Shown here piece after piece: positions 50,867 to 63,813 of a stretch of 64,000 bases of DNA. The position numbers were made by a program, and so were the translations under genes. The notes below the pieces were generated by a model. It was not told the origin of the DNA, made no database searches, and worked only from the letters and a program-made list of their open reading frames with translations. Position 1 is the first letter of the stretch. Every line of letters starts with the position of its first letter. The stretch comes from an uncultured Methanosarcinaceae archaeon (GTDB lineage Archaea > Halobacteriota > Methanosarcinia > Methanosarcinales > Methanosarcinaceae), in contig CAVRJG010000054.1 of the NCBI GenBank assembly GCA_963721455.1, positions 128,001-192,000 on the forward strand. Reading direction: 5' to 3'.

Positions 50867-53736
50867 TTATTTCTTTTTCGGACTTTCCGGCTGCAGAGCC
50901 GGAATTTTTCCGTGTACTATTCCATAAGCTTCGACAGCTTTCGGGGCTCCGAGAAGGAGTTTTCTAACCCTGTTATAGACACTGGGGAACTTCTGGGGGT
51001 CAAGTTCTGCAAGAAGGCCTGCAAGGATTTTTACCAGTGGGGTATGGTACTTTGCCTCCATCAGGTCTATATTTGCAAAGGCGTTGAGCATATTGACTGT
51101 ACTGTATTCGTTCACAGGAGCCAGTTTTCGCAGGATTTCCGCCAAAAGAGCCCTGCCTTCTTCGGTCTGGAGGGATTTTTTGCGGTTGCGGGCAAAACTT
51201 CCGTAAAGGGCACGCTGGTCGTTTGTCTGCTCAATCCTGAAAGCGTCTGACCTTTCCATTTCCCTGACCAGTTCGACTGCATCAACGCTGCTGTTACTCC
51301 CTATTACTGCAAGGAAGGCTTCCCAGGCAACGAGATTTTGTTTTGATTCGGCTTCAAAAATCCTCAGGACTTCAATTTTGTCAGGCGCCGAGCTGTTCAG
51401 GTATGCAGCAAATGCGCTCAGCCTGTCAGTTGCACAGGTCGCAGTCTCAAACTGCTGTTTTATCATGGCATGAATGTCGGGAGTGTCAAGAGTTGCAAGG
51501 ATGCCCAGGCAGACATTTTTAGCCTGCCTGCTCTTGATTACCCTGGCGATCTCTTCCAGAGCTCGCATCCCTTTGAGCCGAGGAATTTTCAAAGAAGCGG
51601 TAGGCGGAAACAACGGAATTCATGTATTTCCAGGCAACTGCCTTCAAGAGCTTCTGTTTTACCTCATAAAGCGCCTGGTATCTGTGGGCAAACTCATCGT
51701 CTTCGACTGACTCAAAGATGGTCAGGAACTGCCCTCCTGCCCTTTCGAGAAGCTGCCGATCGTTCAAAAGCCTGTAGAAAAGTTCGACGAAGTCTTCAGA
51801 AGGCCTTGATTCGGGATTTTTAAGAAGCCTGAGCTTTTCCCTGTCAACCAGGGTATAGAAAGCTGTAAACCTGCCTATGGTGTCTCTGTCTTTTCTTACC
51901 TGCATCAGGAGCTCGTCCTGACCCGCCCTGTAGATGAGTTTCCCGTAAAAAGAATAGCCTCTGTTAAGGGAGAGGAAGGCAGGCATGTCCACGTTTTCAA
52001 CCGTAATCTCAGCAGTTTCCCCGCTGACCCTTTCCAGGACTTCCGCAAGGTCATTTCCGTTTTCGTCAACAAGGGCTGCCCTGAATGGGAATTCCCAGGG
52101 CTTTCCGCCTTCCGGAACTTTCTGCTTGAGGAGGAAGGTGAACTTCCTGGCAGCTCTGTCGTATTCGGCTGAAACCTCTACTACAGGAAATTTCATCTGT
52201 TTCAGCCAGGTTTCGGACATTTCCTTTAAGGGCTGCCCGCTTTCTTCTTCCATGGCTTCAATCCAGTCCTGAGTAGCTGCGTTGGAATGCCTGAACTTTT
52301 TGAAGTAACGGTCAAGGCCCCGGACAAATGTATCCTTTCCTATCAGGGACTCGACCATGCGCACATATTCCGGGGCTTTTACGTAGGTGACTGCAGTGAT
52401 CAGGTCATTCGGGTCATTGAAGCCGTCAGGAATAATTGGCATGGAAGCTGCCCCGGAATCCAGGGCAAAAGTTCCTGAAGCCGGCGCGAGCAGCTCAAGC
52501 ACCCTGCCGAGCCTCTGGTAGTCCTCGCCAAAGAGGAAGGCATGGTACTGTTCTTCCACATGCACTGTCACAGCTTCATTCAACCAGATCTCAAATGGGC
52601 TTTTTCCGGTGACTTCAGACCCATTCTGGTTGTGGTGGTATTCGTGCACCTTGACCCGAATCATATATTCAAGAGCCGGGTCTGTCGTCTGCGGGAAAGG
52701 CATTATCCGGTTTGTGGTAATCGTGGTATTTCCCACGTTTTCCATGCCCCCGAAGTCCGAGTTCTGCATCCCTATTTCCCTGTACACGGTCCCTGTATAC
52801 CTGTATCCGGGACTGAGGGATCCGGGCAAGCCCGGCAAGCGTATCCCTGACTTTTCCGAGTTCTTCCAGCGTGGACTCAGGTTTTGCTTCAAGTTTCATT
52901 TTCTCTCGCTTGCGGACAAGCTCAAGGATTTCCTTCCTGACAGGCAGCTTCCCCTCATCGAACTGCTCAGGCCCTGTGAAGAGGTAAACCCACATGACTG
53001 AGTCATGCAGGACATCAAGGGCTTTTTCGGCAGCCGCTGCGTTTGAATCAGGCGGCACGAGCAGTTCCAGCATGAAGGTGCCCCCGTCAGGATACTCAAA
53101 TTCCCTGGTGAAAGTAGCATAAGTCCCCACCCCAAGGAAAAAGAGATACGTAGCCATTGGCGTGACCGAGTTGTCATAGACGATTTTGTCCCGCCCGGGC
53201 TTTACGGTGTGCCTCTCAACCACAACATCCCCGTTTGTGATCAGGTTCGTGTACCGGGAGTCTGCAATGATGGCAGTCTTATAAGTGCATTTTGCGGCCA
53301 TATCGTCAATGCAAGGCACAATCCTCTGGAACCCCCACTGCTGGCACTGCGTGATCTGCTGAGGAGGAGCCCCTGCCGGCGTTTCGTCATAGTAAAGCCC
53401 CTCAAGGATATTTTTGGTCGGCCTGCAAACCGTATCCGTAATAACCGCAACCTCAGTATGCGGCGGAATTACTTCCCTGAAATTAATCTCAAGAATCGCA
53501 TCGTCCTTCCTGTATCTGTTAGAAACCTCATACTGTATGCAGCTCACAGCCCGGATCTCAAGGTCCCTGCAGTTCAACTCCAGCTTCTCGATAGGAGCAT
53601 CCCTGGTTTTAACCCTGAGCACGGACTTCACATTCGTCCTGTCCTCATAAACATCAAACACCAGGTCCATATGCAAAACGTCAACAGTAAGTTCCCCGAA
53701 ATCTTCAGGATAATATTTGTAAAGCCTATTCTTCAT
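50867..53736 (-). pseudogene. pepN: M1 aminopeptidase N, two +1 frameshifts
   Basis: TQCQQWGFQRI, GGMEN, HEYHH..WLNE. Three ORFs join (955 aa) by deleting single bases near 52825 and 51560. Confidence 0.85.
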
Positions 53737-54086
53737 AAAAAGGTCACCGAGTAAAATTAATGAGAGTTATATTATGGGATAGAAATGGAAGGTATGAGAT
53801 TTAAAGGTGTAGTTTTGAAAAGGAGAACTGTTTTTATTTACTGACTAATTTTCTTAACATGTTTCTCAAATTATAACCTGTTTTAATAAATTAATGTCAG
53901 ATTGAAAAAAATTGAATAATAGCTTTTTTAGTTTTTCTAATAGAGTCTATTCGACACTCTTCTTGGGTTTTCTATATAATATTCATTTACAAACTCAAAA
54001 AAAGATAAAAGAGACAACTATTTATTACTCAAAAATAATTGAAACTTAAAATTATTTGCCAAGACTTTTGGATTAAGATGGTATAG

Positions 54087-55477
54087 ATGAGCAAAATTGA
54101 AAGGACTATTGAATTTGTCAAAGAATTAGCCGAGAATTTTGGGGCGAAAAATGAAGATATTTTGAATGATTACATATTTCGGAATAACACAAAAGATGAT
54201 GCTCTCAATCAGGGTGGAGCATTTTTTGGGTTAATTTCTCCGGAAGAAGAACCATCTGGTCCTTATCATGATTTTTCTCTAGTAATTTTCCCAGATAAAG
54301 AAGATAGACCTTGGTTAATTTCACTTATTGTTGGTTCTCTCGGATTTAAAAATGATTATGAACTTGCAGCTTTGCCTGGTGTGAGAAGATTATATTCTTC
54401 AATCATTAGTGAAGATGGCTTCTGTAATACCTCTTTTTTGGATATAGAATCCAGTTTGCCGAGGCAACTTACGTAAAAATTCCAAATTTAGAGAAAACTT
54501 TAAAAAATTATTCCAAACTCAAATTAGCTTGTGAGATTATTTGGGAACCTGAATCCGAGGAAGGCAGAAAAATCATAGCAAGATTCATTGCGGCTTATGC
54601 ACGATTGAGAAACTTTCCCCGTAACACAGAACAAAGAAAAGCAGTCTCTAAAGCAATAGAAAAAGTCGCAAGATTTAAAGATATGAATGAGGAAAAAGAA
54701 GCATTGAGCCTTGTTTTGAAAAGAAGGTTTGTGATCATTCAAGGTGCGCCTGGGACTGGAAAAACGAGATTAGCAAAGATTATTGCACAAAAGCTTGATT
54801 CAGAAATATTCTTTACACAATTTCATGCAGAAACCAGTTACAGTGATTTTATCTATGGTATAAAACCTGACCTAGAAGCTGGAGAAGTTTCTTATGTAGA
54901 ACAGAAGGGTATATTTTACAAATCTTTGAAAACAGCCGAGAGTAAACCTGAAAAAAATGTCGTTCTTATTGTGGATGAAATTAATAGGGCAAATTTATCT
55001 AATATTTTAGGTCCAATTTTCTACCTTTTTGAATATCAGTTAGATGATAATTCTGTAGAAATTGACATAGGAGGTGGGTACAGAATACACAACATCCCCT
55101 CGAATTATTATGTCGTCTGTACAATGAACACTGCAGATCGGAGTCTAGCTGTTGTTGATTTTGCTTTAAGACGAAGATTTGCATGGTATACATTAAAACC
55201 TCATATCATCGAACCAACAGGAAATAACAAATTTTTTAAAGACGATTTCTTGAAGTTTAACGATATATTCAATTGGTATGCAGGTAGTGAAGAACTGTCT
55301 TTACAACCCGGACAAGCCTATTTTATCGCTGAAAATGAAGAGAAAATGAAAGACCGGGTTAAATATGAATTGCTTCCTCTTATCAGAGAATACCTTGCAG
55401 AAGGTCTTTTAGTAAATGCAAAGGATGAGTTTGCCAAGTACTTCTACGACCGAATAGGCGAGGTATTATTTGAATGA
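54087..55477 (+). pseudogene. mcrB: McrB-like AAA+ GTPase, split by a single-base deletion near 54473
   Basis: GAPGTGKT, QFH..SYSDF, DEINRAN, MNTADRS, ALRRRF. The second frame is open back to about 54470. Confidence 0.85.
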
Positions 55478-56847
55478 AGTCTCAGGAAAACATCTTCCTT
55501 GAAGTTCCTTGCCTTACTGAAAAGTCACAATCTATTTCAGGACTATTTCTCGCAAAAAAATGGTTTAAGAAAGCTGATAAGAGATATTTATCTGAATACT
55601 TACAGAAATTCATTGATTATAACAAAGATTCTTTTGATTTTCTTCAAGTCACTCCTAAAATTGAGGGAAGCGGAAAGGGAGTTACTGTAAATTTTAAGTC
55701 AGATCGTTTTATTGGTGCGATTCCACTAAGATCGCCAGATACCGGCAAGCAGATGGGGGATTTTGTAGTTAAGCCCCGGTATACCTCTGCAACTGACCAG
55801 TTTTCAGAATATGTTGAAATTGTAAATCTACTGGAAAATGAAATACTTCCTGAATTCAAGCATTCAATTCCTCTTTTGTCGCAGAATAATATGAGACCTC
55901 CTCTCTATTTGGAGGCGATAAAGTTCGTAAACTTATTCGAAAAAGCAATAAAAACCAAATGGAACAAATTTCAAACAACTAAAAGAATATATAGATATCC
56001 AAAATCTCAGGTTGATTGGAAGGAATATGTTGAAAAAGAATTCGACCCTGCGAAAAGGTTGCTTTTTCCCTGTCATGACAATATTTTGAGCAAATTCCAT
56101 AGTGAGTTCTTTGAATTAAAATACGTTTATGGCATTGCAAAGAGAGAAATTACTTCTTTTAAGACTCCTCTAAGTATTAAATATCAATATCGAGACACTT
56201 TGACGTATTTGGATAATGCATTATATGAGTTTCCTGAAAAACTGACAAATGAGCTTCAGATACATATTTCAGATCCAGTCATCATTAAAAAATTAAAGAC
56301 TCAAGGGAATAAAATTCTGAAAGGAAACTTCGAAGAGATTACCTCATGGAGAATTGATTTTTCCCTTCTATTTGAAAAGTATGTCCAATTCATATTCAAT
56401 CAAATTTCTTTGGAAATTGGAGCAACCCAGTTAAACAATTGCAAAATTAGACGTTCTTCGCATTTTAGCCCGCTTTGGAGCCTCAATTATTTAGAACCCG
56501 ATATAATTTTGATGAAAAATAACTTGGATATCGTAATAGATGCAAAATACAAATCTCACCTCTTCAACTTAAAAAACACTAGCGAAGAGTTAAAAGAAGA
56601 ACATAGAAAAGATTTGCATCAAGTACTTGCATATACTGCTTTTACTAAAAACAAGAATAAAGTTGGAATTTTATGCTATCCTTATAATGAACAATACATT
56701 TCAGAATTAGATTACATTTTCCCGTTTTCTAATACTAAAAGCAAGATCATTTTGTTGGGTATTCCCTTGAATAAATCTAAATTGAATGATCTGAAAAAAT
56801 TAATTCTCACATATCTTTCTGAAATTGAGCGAGAATATTCAATCTAA
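55474..56847 (+). CDS. mcrC: McrC-like PD-(D/E)xK nuclease subunit
   Basis: LFEKYV, LEPDI, IDAKYK, DLHQVLAY; overlaps the mcrB stop. Confidence 0.85.
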   Translation: MKSQENIFLEVPCLTEKSQSISGLFLAKKWFKKADKRYLSEYLQKFIDYNKDSFDFLQVTPKIEGSGKGVTVNFKSDRFIGAIPLRSPDTGKQMGDFVVKPRYTSATDQFSEYVEIVNLLENEILPEFKHSIPLLSQNNMRPPLYLEAIKFVNLFEKAIKTKWNKFQTTKRIYRYPKSQVDWKEYVEKEFDPAKRLLFPCHDNILSKFHSEFFELKYVYGIAKREITSFKTPLSIKYQYRDTLTYLDNALYEFPEKLTNELQIHISDPVIIKKLKTQGNKILKGNFEEITSWRIDFSLLFEKYVQFIFNQISLEIGATQLNNCKIRRSSHFSPLWSLNYLEPDIILMKNNLDIVIDAKYKSHLFNLKNTSEELKEEHRKDLHQVLAYTAFTKNKNKVGILCYPYNEQYISELDYIFPFSNTKSKIILLGIPLNKSKLNDLKKLILTYLSEIEREYSI

Positions 56848-57230
56848 TAGGATGTCTTCGCTTTTTATTTTACCCAATTCTTTTTTTCATATCGCTCTGA
56901 CGTTGCTTCGCTCGGAACAATAACGGTCAAAGATATTAATCTTTTTTCCGTTTTCTTTTTTTCAGATCTCAACCCAGCTCCCTAAACTATAATTTCCATT
57001 ATTTTCCACAGCCCCGTTTTCCATTTATTGATCAGTTCATCACAGCCAAAAAATCAAAGTTACGCTGGCTCACCCCGCTGCAAGCAATGGAGTATGTTTG
57101 CGCCCCCGCTCCAAATTCCGTAAAGTAAGACAACAAAACGACACTGTTTGTTTCAGCAAAGTTTCATAACAAAAGACTAAGGGACAAATATCGTGTAATT
57201 CCCGAAGTAATAAAATAGAAAGGGTGAGAT

Positions 57231-58082
57231 TTAATAAAATTTTTCAATCTCATGCTTTACTTCTTCAATAGAAAACTTTTGCCTTACAAGGGGCTTTTCC
57301 CGGATAGCCGGCATCCTCTCCTCAAGTATATCTCTATCCTTTTTGTAAAAGATGCCGTTCGGGATTTTTTCTTCCCATTCAAGGGACCTTTCAAAGGCTT
57401 TTATGCGGTTGTAAGGGTCATACTCTTCCTCAAGCCTGTAGACTCTGTCCCGGTACCATTTAAAAGTGTTAACCTTGTTGAAAGTGACACACGGCTGAAG
57501 AATATCAAGAAGGGCAAAGCCTTTGTGTGTTATGGCAGCCTTCATAAGCTCTTTGAGATGCTCCTGGTCTCCTGCAAAACCCCGGGCTACGAAACTGCAG
57601 TCCTGGGAAATTGCCATAGCAAGAGGATTCATTGGCTCTGAAAGGACACCATAAGGCTGGATTTTCGTCTGGGTTCCCCGGGCTGTAGTAGGAGATGCCT
57701 GTCCCTTAGTCAGTCCATAGATCTGGTTATTATGCACGAACAGCGTAATATTCGGGTTCCTGCGGATTGCATGAAGGAAGTGGTTTCCTCCTTCCCCGTA
57801 ACAGTCCCCGTCGCCTGCTACTGCGATTACGTGCAGGGAATGATTGGCAAGTTTTGCAGCCGTAGCCACAGGCAGGGTTCTTCCATGCAGCCCGTTAAAT
57901 GTATGGCATTTAATGTAGTGGGGCAGTTTTCCAGCCTGTCCTATCCCCGAAACCACGAGGAGTTCCCACGGCTCAATGCCAAGTTCTACAAGTGCCTGCT
58001 TGATGGTCGAAAGGATCTGGAAATTTCCGCACCCCGGACACCAGGCCGGAACCTGTCCTTTGTAAGCTTCAGATGTAGGCAT
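57231..58082 (-). CDS. 2-oxoacid:ferredoxin oxidoreductase beta subunit
   Basis: [35 protein letters not shown]. Confidence 0.95.
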   Translation of the reverse strand: MPTSEAYKGQVPAWCPGCGNFQILSTIKQALVELGIEPWELLVVSGIGQAGKLPHYIKCHTFNGLHGRTLPVATAAKLANHSLHVIAVAGDGDCYGEGGNHFLHAIRRNPNITLFVHNNQIYGLTKGQASPTTARGTQTKIQPYGVLSEPMNPLAMAISQDCSFVARGFAGDQEHLKELMKAAITHKGFALLDILQPCVTFNKVNTFKWYRDRVYRLEEEYDPYNRIKAFERSLEWEEKIPNGIFYKKDRDILEERMPAIREKPLVRQKFSIEEVKHEIEKFY

Positions 58083-59811
58083 GCAGATCCTCCATCAGGT
58101 TTTCGATAGTAAAAGGCCTCCCGTCGTATCTGGTAATCTGGTGGGAGAATTCAAACCCTGTCTCTGCCCTTATAAGGCTTGCAAATTGCCCGCTTGCGTT
58201 ATTTTCTATGCAGATAGTAAGGTCTGCATTTTCAAGAAGCTCAATATAATCAAACCTATCCCGCTCGGAAAGAGGGTAGATCTGGCTGAAATGCATCATA
58301 GCTACCTTCTTATCCTTAGAAATAACATCAACAACCTCTTTTATCACACCGTAAGTAGATCCATGCCCTACAAGCACTATTTTTGGAGAGGGGTCGCCGT
58401 ATAAAAATGGAGCTTCGATTTCTTTCTTTATAAGCGGCAGTTTCTTCAGCAGTCTTTTCTGGACCATTTTGATGCGGGTTTCGGAGTCTTCTATAATGTG
58501 CCCTTCTTCGTCATGCTCGTCGCTGTCAGCTACGACCAGGTGTTTCCCGGCTTCTCCGGGGACCGCAAGAAGAGAGATTCCAGTATCTGAATATTTGTAA
58601 CGTTCATACTTTTCCACACCTTCCAGATCCTTTTCCCTTATGCGGTAATCATTGTAGATCAGTTTCTCCAGATCGAAGTTTTCAAAAGTCCATTCGGAAT
58701 CTGCAAGGTACTGGTCTGACTGGATAAACACAGGGATCTGGTATTTTTCCGCAAGTTCAAAAGCCCTGTTAGTGAGATAAAAAGCCTGTTTTGGGGTTCC
58801 TGGCTCGAAAATTACCCTCGGGAACTCTCCGTGCCCTGCATGAAGAACAAAAAGCAGATCTGCCTGTTCCGTGCGTGTGGGCAAACCCGTAGCCGGTCCA
58901 GGGCGCTGCATTTCCGCGATCACGAGAGGAGTTTCCGTAACTCCCGCCAGAGAAAGGCCTTCTACCATCAGGGCAAATCCGCCTCCAGAACTGCCTGTCA
59001 TTGCCCTTACGCCTGCAAAAGAGGCTCCTATCGCCATATTAATGGCTGCAATTTCATCTTCAGCCTGCTCAACAACCAGGTTATACTCTTCTGCTCTGGA
59101 AGCCATGTAATCCAGAATTCCTGTCGAAGGCGTCATAGGATAACCGGAATAAAACTTACAGCCCGACATGAGAGCTCCCATCCCGATTGCGTGAGCCCCG
59201 TCTATAAGCATGAGCTTTCTGTCTTGAGGTTCACGGATTCCTCCAAAGACCTCGCAGCGGGTACAGTTTGTAAGAGCAGAATTATATCCGGCCTCGGCGC
59301 AGGCTATATTTTTCTGGATAACTTCGTCTCCTTTTTTCTTGAAAGCTTTTCTCAGGATATCCTTAAGGGCTTCCAGTCCGAGATCAAGCAGTCCAAGTAC
59401 TGCCCCGGTTGCTACGGTATTTGCCATAATACTATTTTTTCCGACATCAAGGGCTATTTTCCTGAAAGGAATGTCTATGAATTGAGGCTCTTCAAACTTC
59501 TTTTTAGCAATTTGGGAATCGTAGAGAATAAATCCCTCATCTCTCACGCTCTTCCTGTGAATTTCGATTGTGCCCAGGTCAAGAGCTAGAAGAATATCGA
59601 CCATCTCTCTGGAGGCAGATATCTTCTGGTCGGAAAAGCGGATCTGATAAAAGTTATGTCCCCCGCGTACCCTGGACATATAGTCCTGGTGCGTAAATAC
59701 ATAAAATCCTATTCTGGAAAAGACCTGTGAAAGAGCTCCTCCTACAGTCGCCAGCCCCTGTCCGGCCTCTCCCCCTATTCGAAGTGTATAGTCCAGAAAC
59801 GAAACCCCCAA
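58069..59811 (-). CDS. 2-oxoacid:ferredoxin oxidoreductase alpha (gamma-alpha fused) subunit
   Basis: [36 protein letters not shown]. Confidence 0.95.
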   Translation of the reverse strand: MGVSFLDYTLRIGGEAGQGLATVGGALSQVFSRIGFYVFTHQDYMSRVRGGHNFYQIRFSDQKISASREMVDILLALDLGTIEIHRKSVRDEGFILYDSQIAKKKFEEPQFIDIPFRKIALDVGKNSIMANTVATGAVLGLLDLGLEALKDILRKAFKKKGDEVIQKNIACAEAGYNSALTNCTRCEVFGGIREPQDRKLMLIDGAHAIGMGALMSGCKFYSGYPMTPSTGILDYMASRAEEYNLVVEQAEDEIAAINMAIGASFAGVRAMTGSSGGGFALMVEGLSLAGVTETPLVIAEMQRPGPATGLPTRTEQADLLFVLHAGHGEFPRVIFEPGTPKQAFYLTNRAFELAEKYQIPVFIQSDQYLADSEWTFENFDLEKLIYNDYRIREKDLEGVEKYERYKYSDTGISLLAVPGEAGKHLVVADSDEHDEEGHIIEDSETRIKMVQKRLLKKLPLIKKEIEAPFLYGDPSPKIVLVGHGSTYGVIKEVVDVISKDKKVAMMHFSQIYPLSERDRFDYIELLENADLTICIENNASGQFASLIRAETGFEFSHQITRYDGRPFTIENLMEDLHAYI

Positions 59812-60796
59812 TATTTTTCGTTATTTTCTTACTTTCGTTTAAGATCTTCAGTTTGTTAAGATCTCCGGCTTGCTCAGTTTGTCAGTTTGCTCAGTTTTCT
59901 CGGTTTGCCCACATTTTTGTCCTGTGAGCCTTAATTATATAAGCAAATGGATTCGCATATCAACCTCGAGTTACAGCTGCTTTAAAATGATTACAGCAAA
60001 ACAGAAATAAGATTGGCCAATTTTCTTTATTCTGTTACCACTGCCCCTATTTAGCTATCTATTCTTTTCAGTCCCCTGAGGGGATATTATAATTAAACCT
60101 TAAATAATCTTGCTTATGCCCCTTATCTGGAAAAAGCCTGAGATACTCATTTCCGGGAAAAATGAATTTGGGAAAACTGAACAAAAAGAAAGGCTTGAAT
60201 AAGCCGGAAATTCAGAGCTTTTAAAATAAATAAAGAATCTTTCCAAAAGAATACAACCTATCAAGGCAATTCCGAGTATCAATATATCCATCTGCAGTAC
60301 GGTATATAGTATTAAAAAACAAAGCACTGAAGTAACCGCACAGGCCAGGATATCCACAGGATTGCTCAGGAAAGCCTCCGCCTTAAATTTATAAATTCAC
60401 AATCAGATAAACATTTCCAATTGAGATAATAATTATATGATAATCCTAAAATACAATTTATATTTGACTATCTTCACAATTTTTTGTGCATTTCCACATT
60501 CCTATTAAAACTTCATACTCAGTAAAAACAGAGAGAGGACTGGAGAACAGGAAGGAGACAGTTATCTCTATTTTTTGGTTATGCAGAACTAAAACTGCCT
60601 GATTTTCAATACCCTTTAATTCCAGCAAAAAGGGAAAATGAAAGTTTTCCGGTAAAAAGACAAAGAGGAAGTATAGTCCCCATAAATGCTGCTTTGTATC
60701 AGGAAAGGGGACTTGTTTGCATGGAGGTAAAATTTAATTTTTTTGTCCTGAATGTACTGAAATAGAGATTTACTCGGAAGATATCACCCCCGAATT

Positions 60797-62053
60797 TTAG
60801 AATTTTCCACGGCCTAGCTGGGCATGAGCACGTGCCAGGTGTCCTGCAGCCTGGGCTCCTATGAGGGAAATTTCTCCTGCAAGCACAGCAGAAGCTACTA
60901 TCTCTGCAAATTTCCGAGAGTTTGTTCCGGGAATATCTCCTGCACCTGCAACGCCAAGAATATTCAGGCAATCTCTCTGAGTCCCAAGGCCAGTACCTCC
61001 TCCGACTGTTCCCACAGGCAGGGCAGGCAGAGTAACAGAACAGTGAATTTCCTCATATTTTGTAAGTTCCATGCTCGTAATTGCAGTGCTCCCTTCAACA
61101 ACATGAGCCGCATCCTGTCCACAGGCCAGGTAGATGGCAGCAATAACATTTGCAGCATGGGCATTGAAACCAAGTGCTCCTGCTCTTGCAGAACCTAGAA
61201 GGTTTTTGCTGTAGTTCACCTCAAACATGGACTCAGGCGTGCATTTCAGGGTTTCCCGGACGATTTCTTTCGGAATTGTGACTTCGGCTACAACAGTTTT
61301 TCCTCTTCCGAGAATTGTGCTTATGGAGGCCGGCTTTTTGTCGGTGCACATATTTCCTGAAAGTGCGATAGGATGTGCCCCGAATTCATCTTCTATCAGG
61401 TGAACTACTGCCTCTGTGGCTATTGTCACCATGTTCATGCCCATGGCATCTTTTGTATCGTAAGAAAACCTGAGGTACACATATGTGCCGGTTACGAAGG
61501 GTTTTACGGAAAGCAGTTTCCCAAAACGTGTCGTTTTTTCGGCAACTGTTTTCATCTGCTCGAAAATTTCAGGGCGTTTTACCCATTCATAGAATTTCTT
61601 GGCCCTATCAAGGCTATCAAGCTTGAAAACAGGCGCTCTGGTCATCTCGTCTTCAAAAATCCTTACATTTGCTCCCCCTGACTTCGTGATGACTGAACAA
61701 CCCCGGTTTACACTGGCAACAAGCGCCCCTTCGGTTGTAGCAAGCGGGATGTAATAGTTGGAATTCGCATATTCTCCGTTTACCTTCAGAAGCCCGGCAA
61801 CACCAAGAGGAACCTGAACCGCACCGATCATGTTTTCAATATTCTTCTTCGTTGTGGTTTCCACATCGAGGGAAAAGTTCTGGATATGCTCGAACTCAAG
61901 TTTTGCAAACTCCTGTATTGCAAGCCGTCTAAGTTTTACTGCTGTTGACGGGTCTGTAAATTCGTCAATCTTGCGAAAGGCTATATCGCCGTCCACGATT
62001 TTCTGTAAAAGAAGTTTATCTGCTTCATTTAGTTCATAGTCCTTTTGAAACAT
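60797..62053 (-). CDS. hmgA: HMG-CoA reductase (NADPH, class I)
   Basis: IENMIG, ATTEGALVAS, DAMGMNM, DKK, GTVGGGT. Confidence 0.97.
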   Translation of the reverse strand: MFQKDYELNEADKLLLQKIVDGDIAFRKIDEFTDPSTAVKLRRLAIQEFAKLEFEHIQNFSLDVETTTKKNIENMIGAVQVPLGVAGLLKVNGEYANSNYYIPLATTEGALVASVNRGCSVITKSGGANVRIFEDEMTRAPVFKLDSLDRAKKFYEWVKRPEIFEQMKTVAEKTTRFGKLLSVKPFVTGTYVYLRFSYDTKDAMGMNMVTIATEAVVHLIEDEFGAHPIALSGNMCTDKKPASISTILGRGKTVVAEVTIPKEIVRETLKCTPESMFEVNYSKNLLGSARAGALGFNAHAANVIAAIYLACGQDAAHVVEGSTAITSMELTKYEEIHCSVTLPALPVGTVGGGTGLGTQRDCLNILGVAGAGDIPGTNSRKFAEIVASAVLAGEISLIGAQAAGHLARAHAQLGRGKF

Positions 62054-62568
62054 GAAACCACCTGCTTAAATTATTTTTTCCATATCCTTAAAATTAATTA
62101 ACTAAAAGGTTAAAATATTCAATATTAGTGGAATGTATTATTTTATATAAAATCCATTTTTATCCTAATTATATGCATATTGGCATATAATTCATTCCTT
62201 GATGTGAGATTTCCGAGTATTTTGGAACTGTCAAAAAAATTAGCCGTGAATATAAAAAGCTTTGTTGGTTCACACAAACAATGAAAAAATATTTATAAAC
62301 ATTTTTTCATCAAATTTAAGATTTTACCGAGAAATTTTCAGGTACAGAGAAATTCAGCAGTCCAGTTCAAACTTAAAATTGTTAAAGTTCAAACTTAAAA
62401 TCGTTAATTTAGAAGTCACTAATGGATTTGGAACTTATACAGGTAGGCCGAAAGTTGATTTAAGAGAGTATTGGAAAAAAGAGGAGATACCGAAGAGTAT
62501 TGTTGGAAGATTGGTTGGGTATAACCGGAGACTGAAAAAGAAATGCTAAAATGGAAAAGGTAAGTTTT

Positions 62569-62690
62569 GTTGAAGAACATCAAGGGTTGAAGAACATCAA
62601 GAGCTGAAGAACATCAAGGGTTGAAAATGCCCGGGATTGGAAGATAGTCGGGTTGAAGTACGGTTAGGCTGAAGTGCAGTTAGGTTGAAG
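62569..62690. repeat. Decaying 17-bp tandem repeat (GTTGAAGAACATCAAGG)
   Basis: Three near-perfect units followed by degenerate GTTGAAG-containing units. Confidence 0.7.
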
Positions 62691-62788
62691 AAAACCTTAT
62701 TTAAGAAAAGATCACAGCAAAATGGATCTAAACATTTAAAGCCAGTGTTTATCAAATACTGGACATAATTTTTAGAAGTCTCTCGGGC

Positions 62789-63178
62789 TCAGAAATTAAT
62801 GATTAGCTGGTTTTCTTCGGTATATCTAAGAAAAAGTTCGGCCACATCTTTTGAACAGATAAAATCGATTCCCGGAATCAGTTCTTCTTTCTTAAGCCCG
62901 ATCATATCCGAGGCAAGCTGGCAGCACCGGAACTCTACTCCCATCTCTATGCATTCCTGAACAGCTGCATTATACTTGGGTGATCCTCTTATTTTATCTT
63001 TCTTTGCAAGCAACACTCCCATAGGTCCCCATAGAATAACCAGCACGTTGAGTCCCTTACTCCGGTAATACTTCGCAAACTTGATAGTTTCCTGCGGGCT
63101 GGTGCTTTCGTACACCATATTTTTGAGCAGTAGTAGTACCTTTTCGACTTTTGTCATAAGAACTCCATGTCTAAACAA
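62789..63178 (-). CDS. DsrE-family protein
   Basis: GVEFRCCQLASDMIGLKKEELIPGI; start may be 63157. Confidence 0.75.
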   Translation of the reverse strand: MFRHGVLMTKVEKVLLLLKNMVYESTSPQETIKFAKYYRSKGLNVLVILWGPMGVLLAKKDKIRGSPKYNAAVQECIEMGVEFRCCQLASDMIGLKKEELIPGIDFICSKDVAELFLRYTEENQLIINF

Positions 63179-63785
63179 TACATTTCTGAAACAGATTACC
63201 TGGATGTATATAAAGTTTCACATTGGAAATGAGAGTATACATTTTTTCACTTTATTTAAATAATTTTGTTCCTCAGTCCGGAAACCAGCAAAATCCGGAT
63301 AATTACACCTGATTAGCTAACTCTATTGCAGTGTAAAGGCATGTAGTCACGTCATGACTCCCCGGATGGCCTGAGCTTTTTGAACTCAAAAATTTTTTAA
63401 AGTTGAAAGATTATTCTAAATCCTGAGTTTTCAAAACTCCGGCTTTGCAGAAATCTTCAATCTGAGCTAAAATGATTTATAACTTTTTAATTATGTTGTA
63501 AACTAAGAGTTTTATTTTTATTACTTATTATATCTGTGCAGCAGTAAGAAGAACTGCTTCATAAATAAACACGAAATCGGAGATAACTGCAAGAACATCT
63601 AGCTGACGAATATGGCAGTTTACAAACTCACTAAAAATAAAATTGCAGTTGATAATGAGAAAATTGATTTCACAGTTGGCGTGCGGGGTTAAAGTTGGGA
63701 TCCGGATTTAAAGAAATAAGTACTCAAGATGTCCTTAAAAAGCTGGAAAAAATAGACAGTATTTGAATCATAGCTTATATTTTTA

Positions 63786-63813
63786 TGAAAAAAGGTAAGC
63801 ATGAGCTTACCTT
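63786..63813 (-). terminator. Hairpin plus U-tract at the end of the valS-like gene
   Basis: AAGGTAAGC-ATGA-GCTTACCTT, followed by a T-run on the minus strand. Confidence 0.5.

Noticed and set aside
57060-57120. ACCCCGCTGCAAGC repeat-like segment after mcrC
   Set aside because: Resembles an IS200/IS605-type end but is degenerate and single-copy here.
60100-60357. 85-aa hydrophobic ORF
   Set aside because: No family recognised; may be a decayed membrane-protein fragment.
62569-62690. Possible CRISPR array
   Set aside because: Contiguous 17-bp tandem units, no unique spacers, no cas genes.
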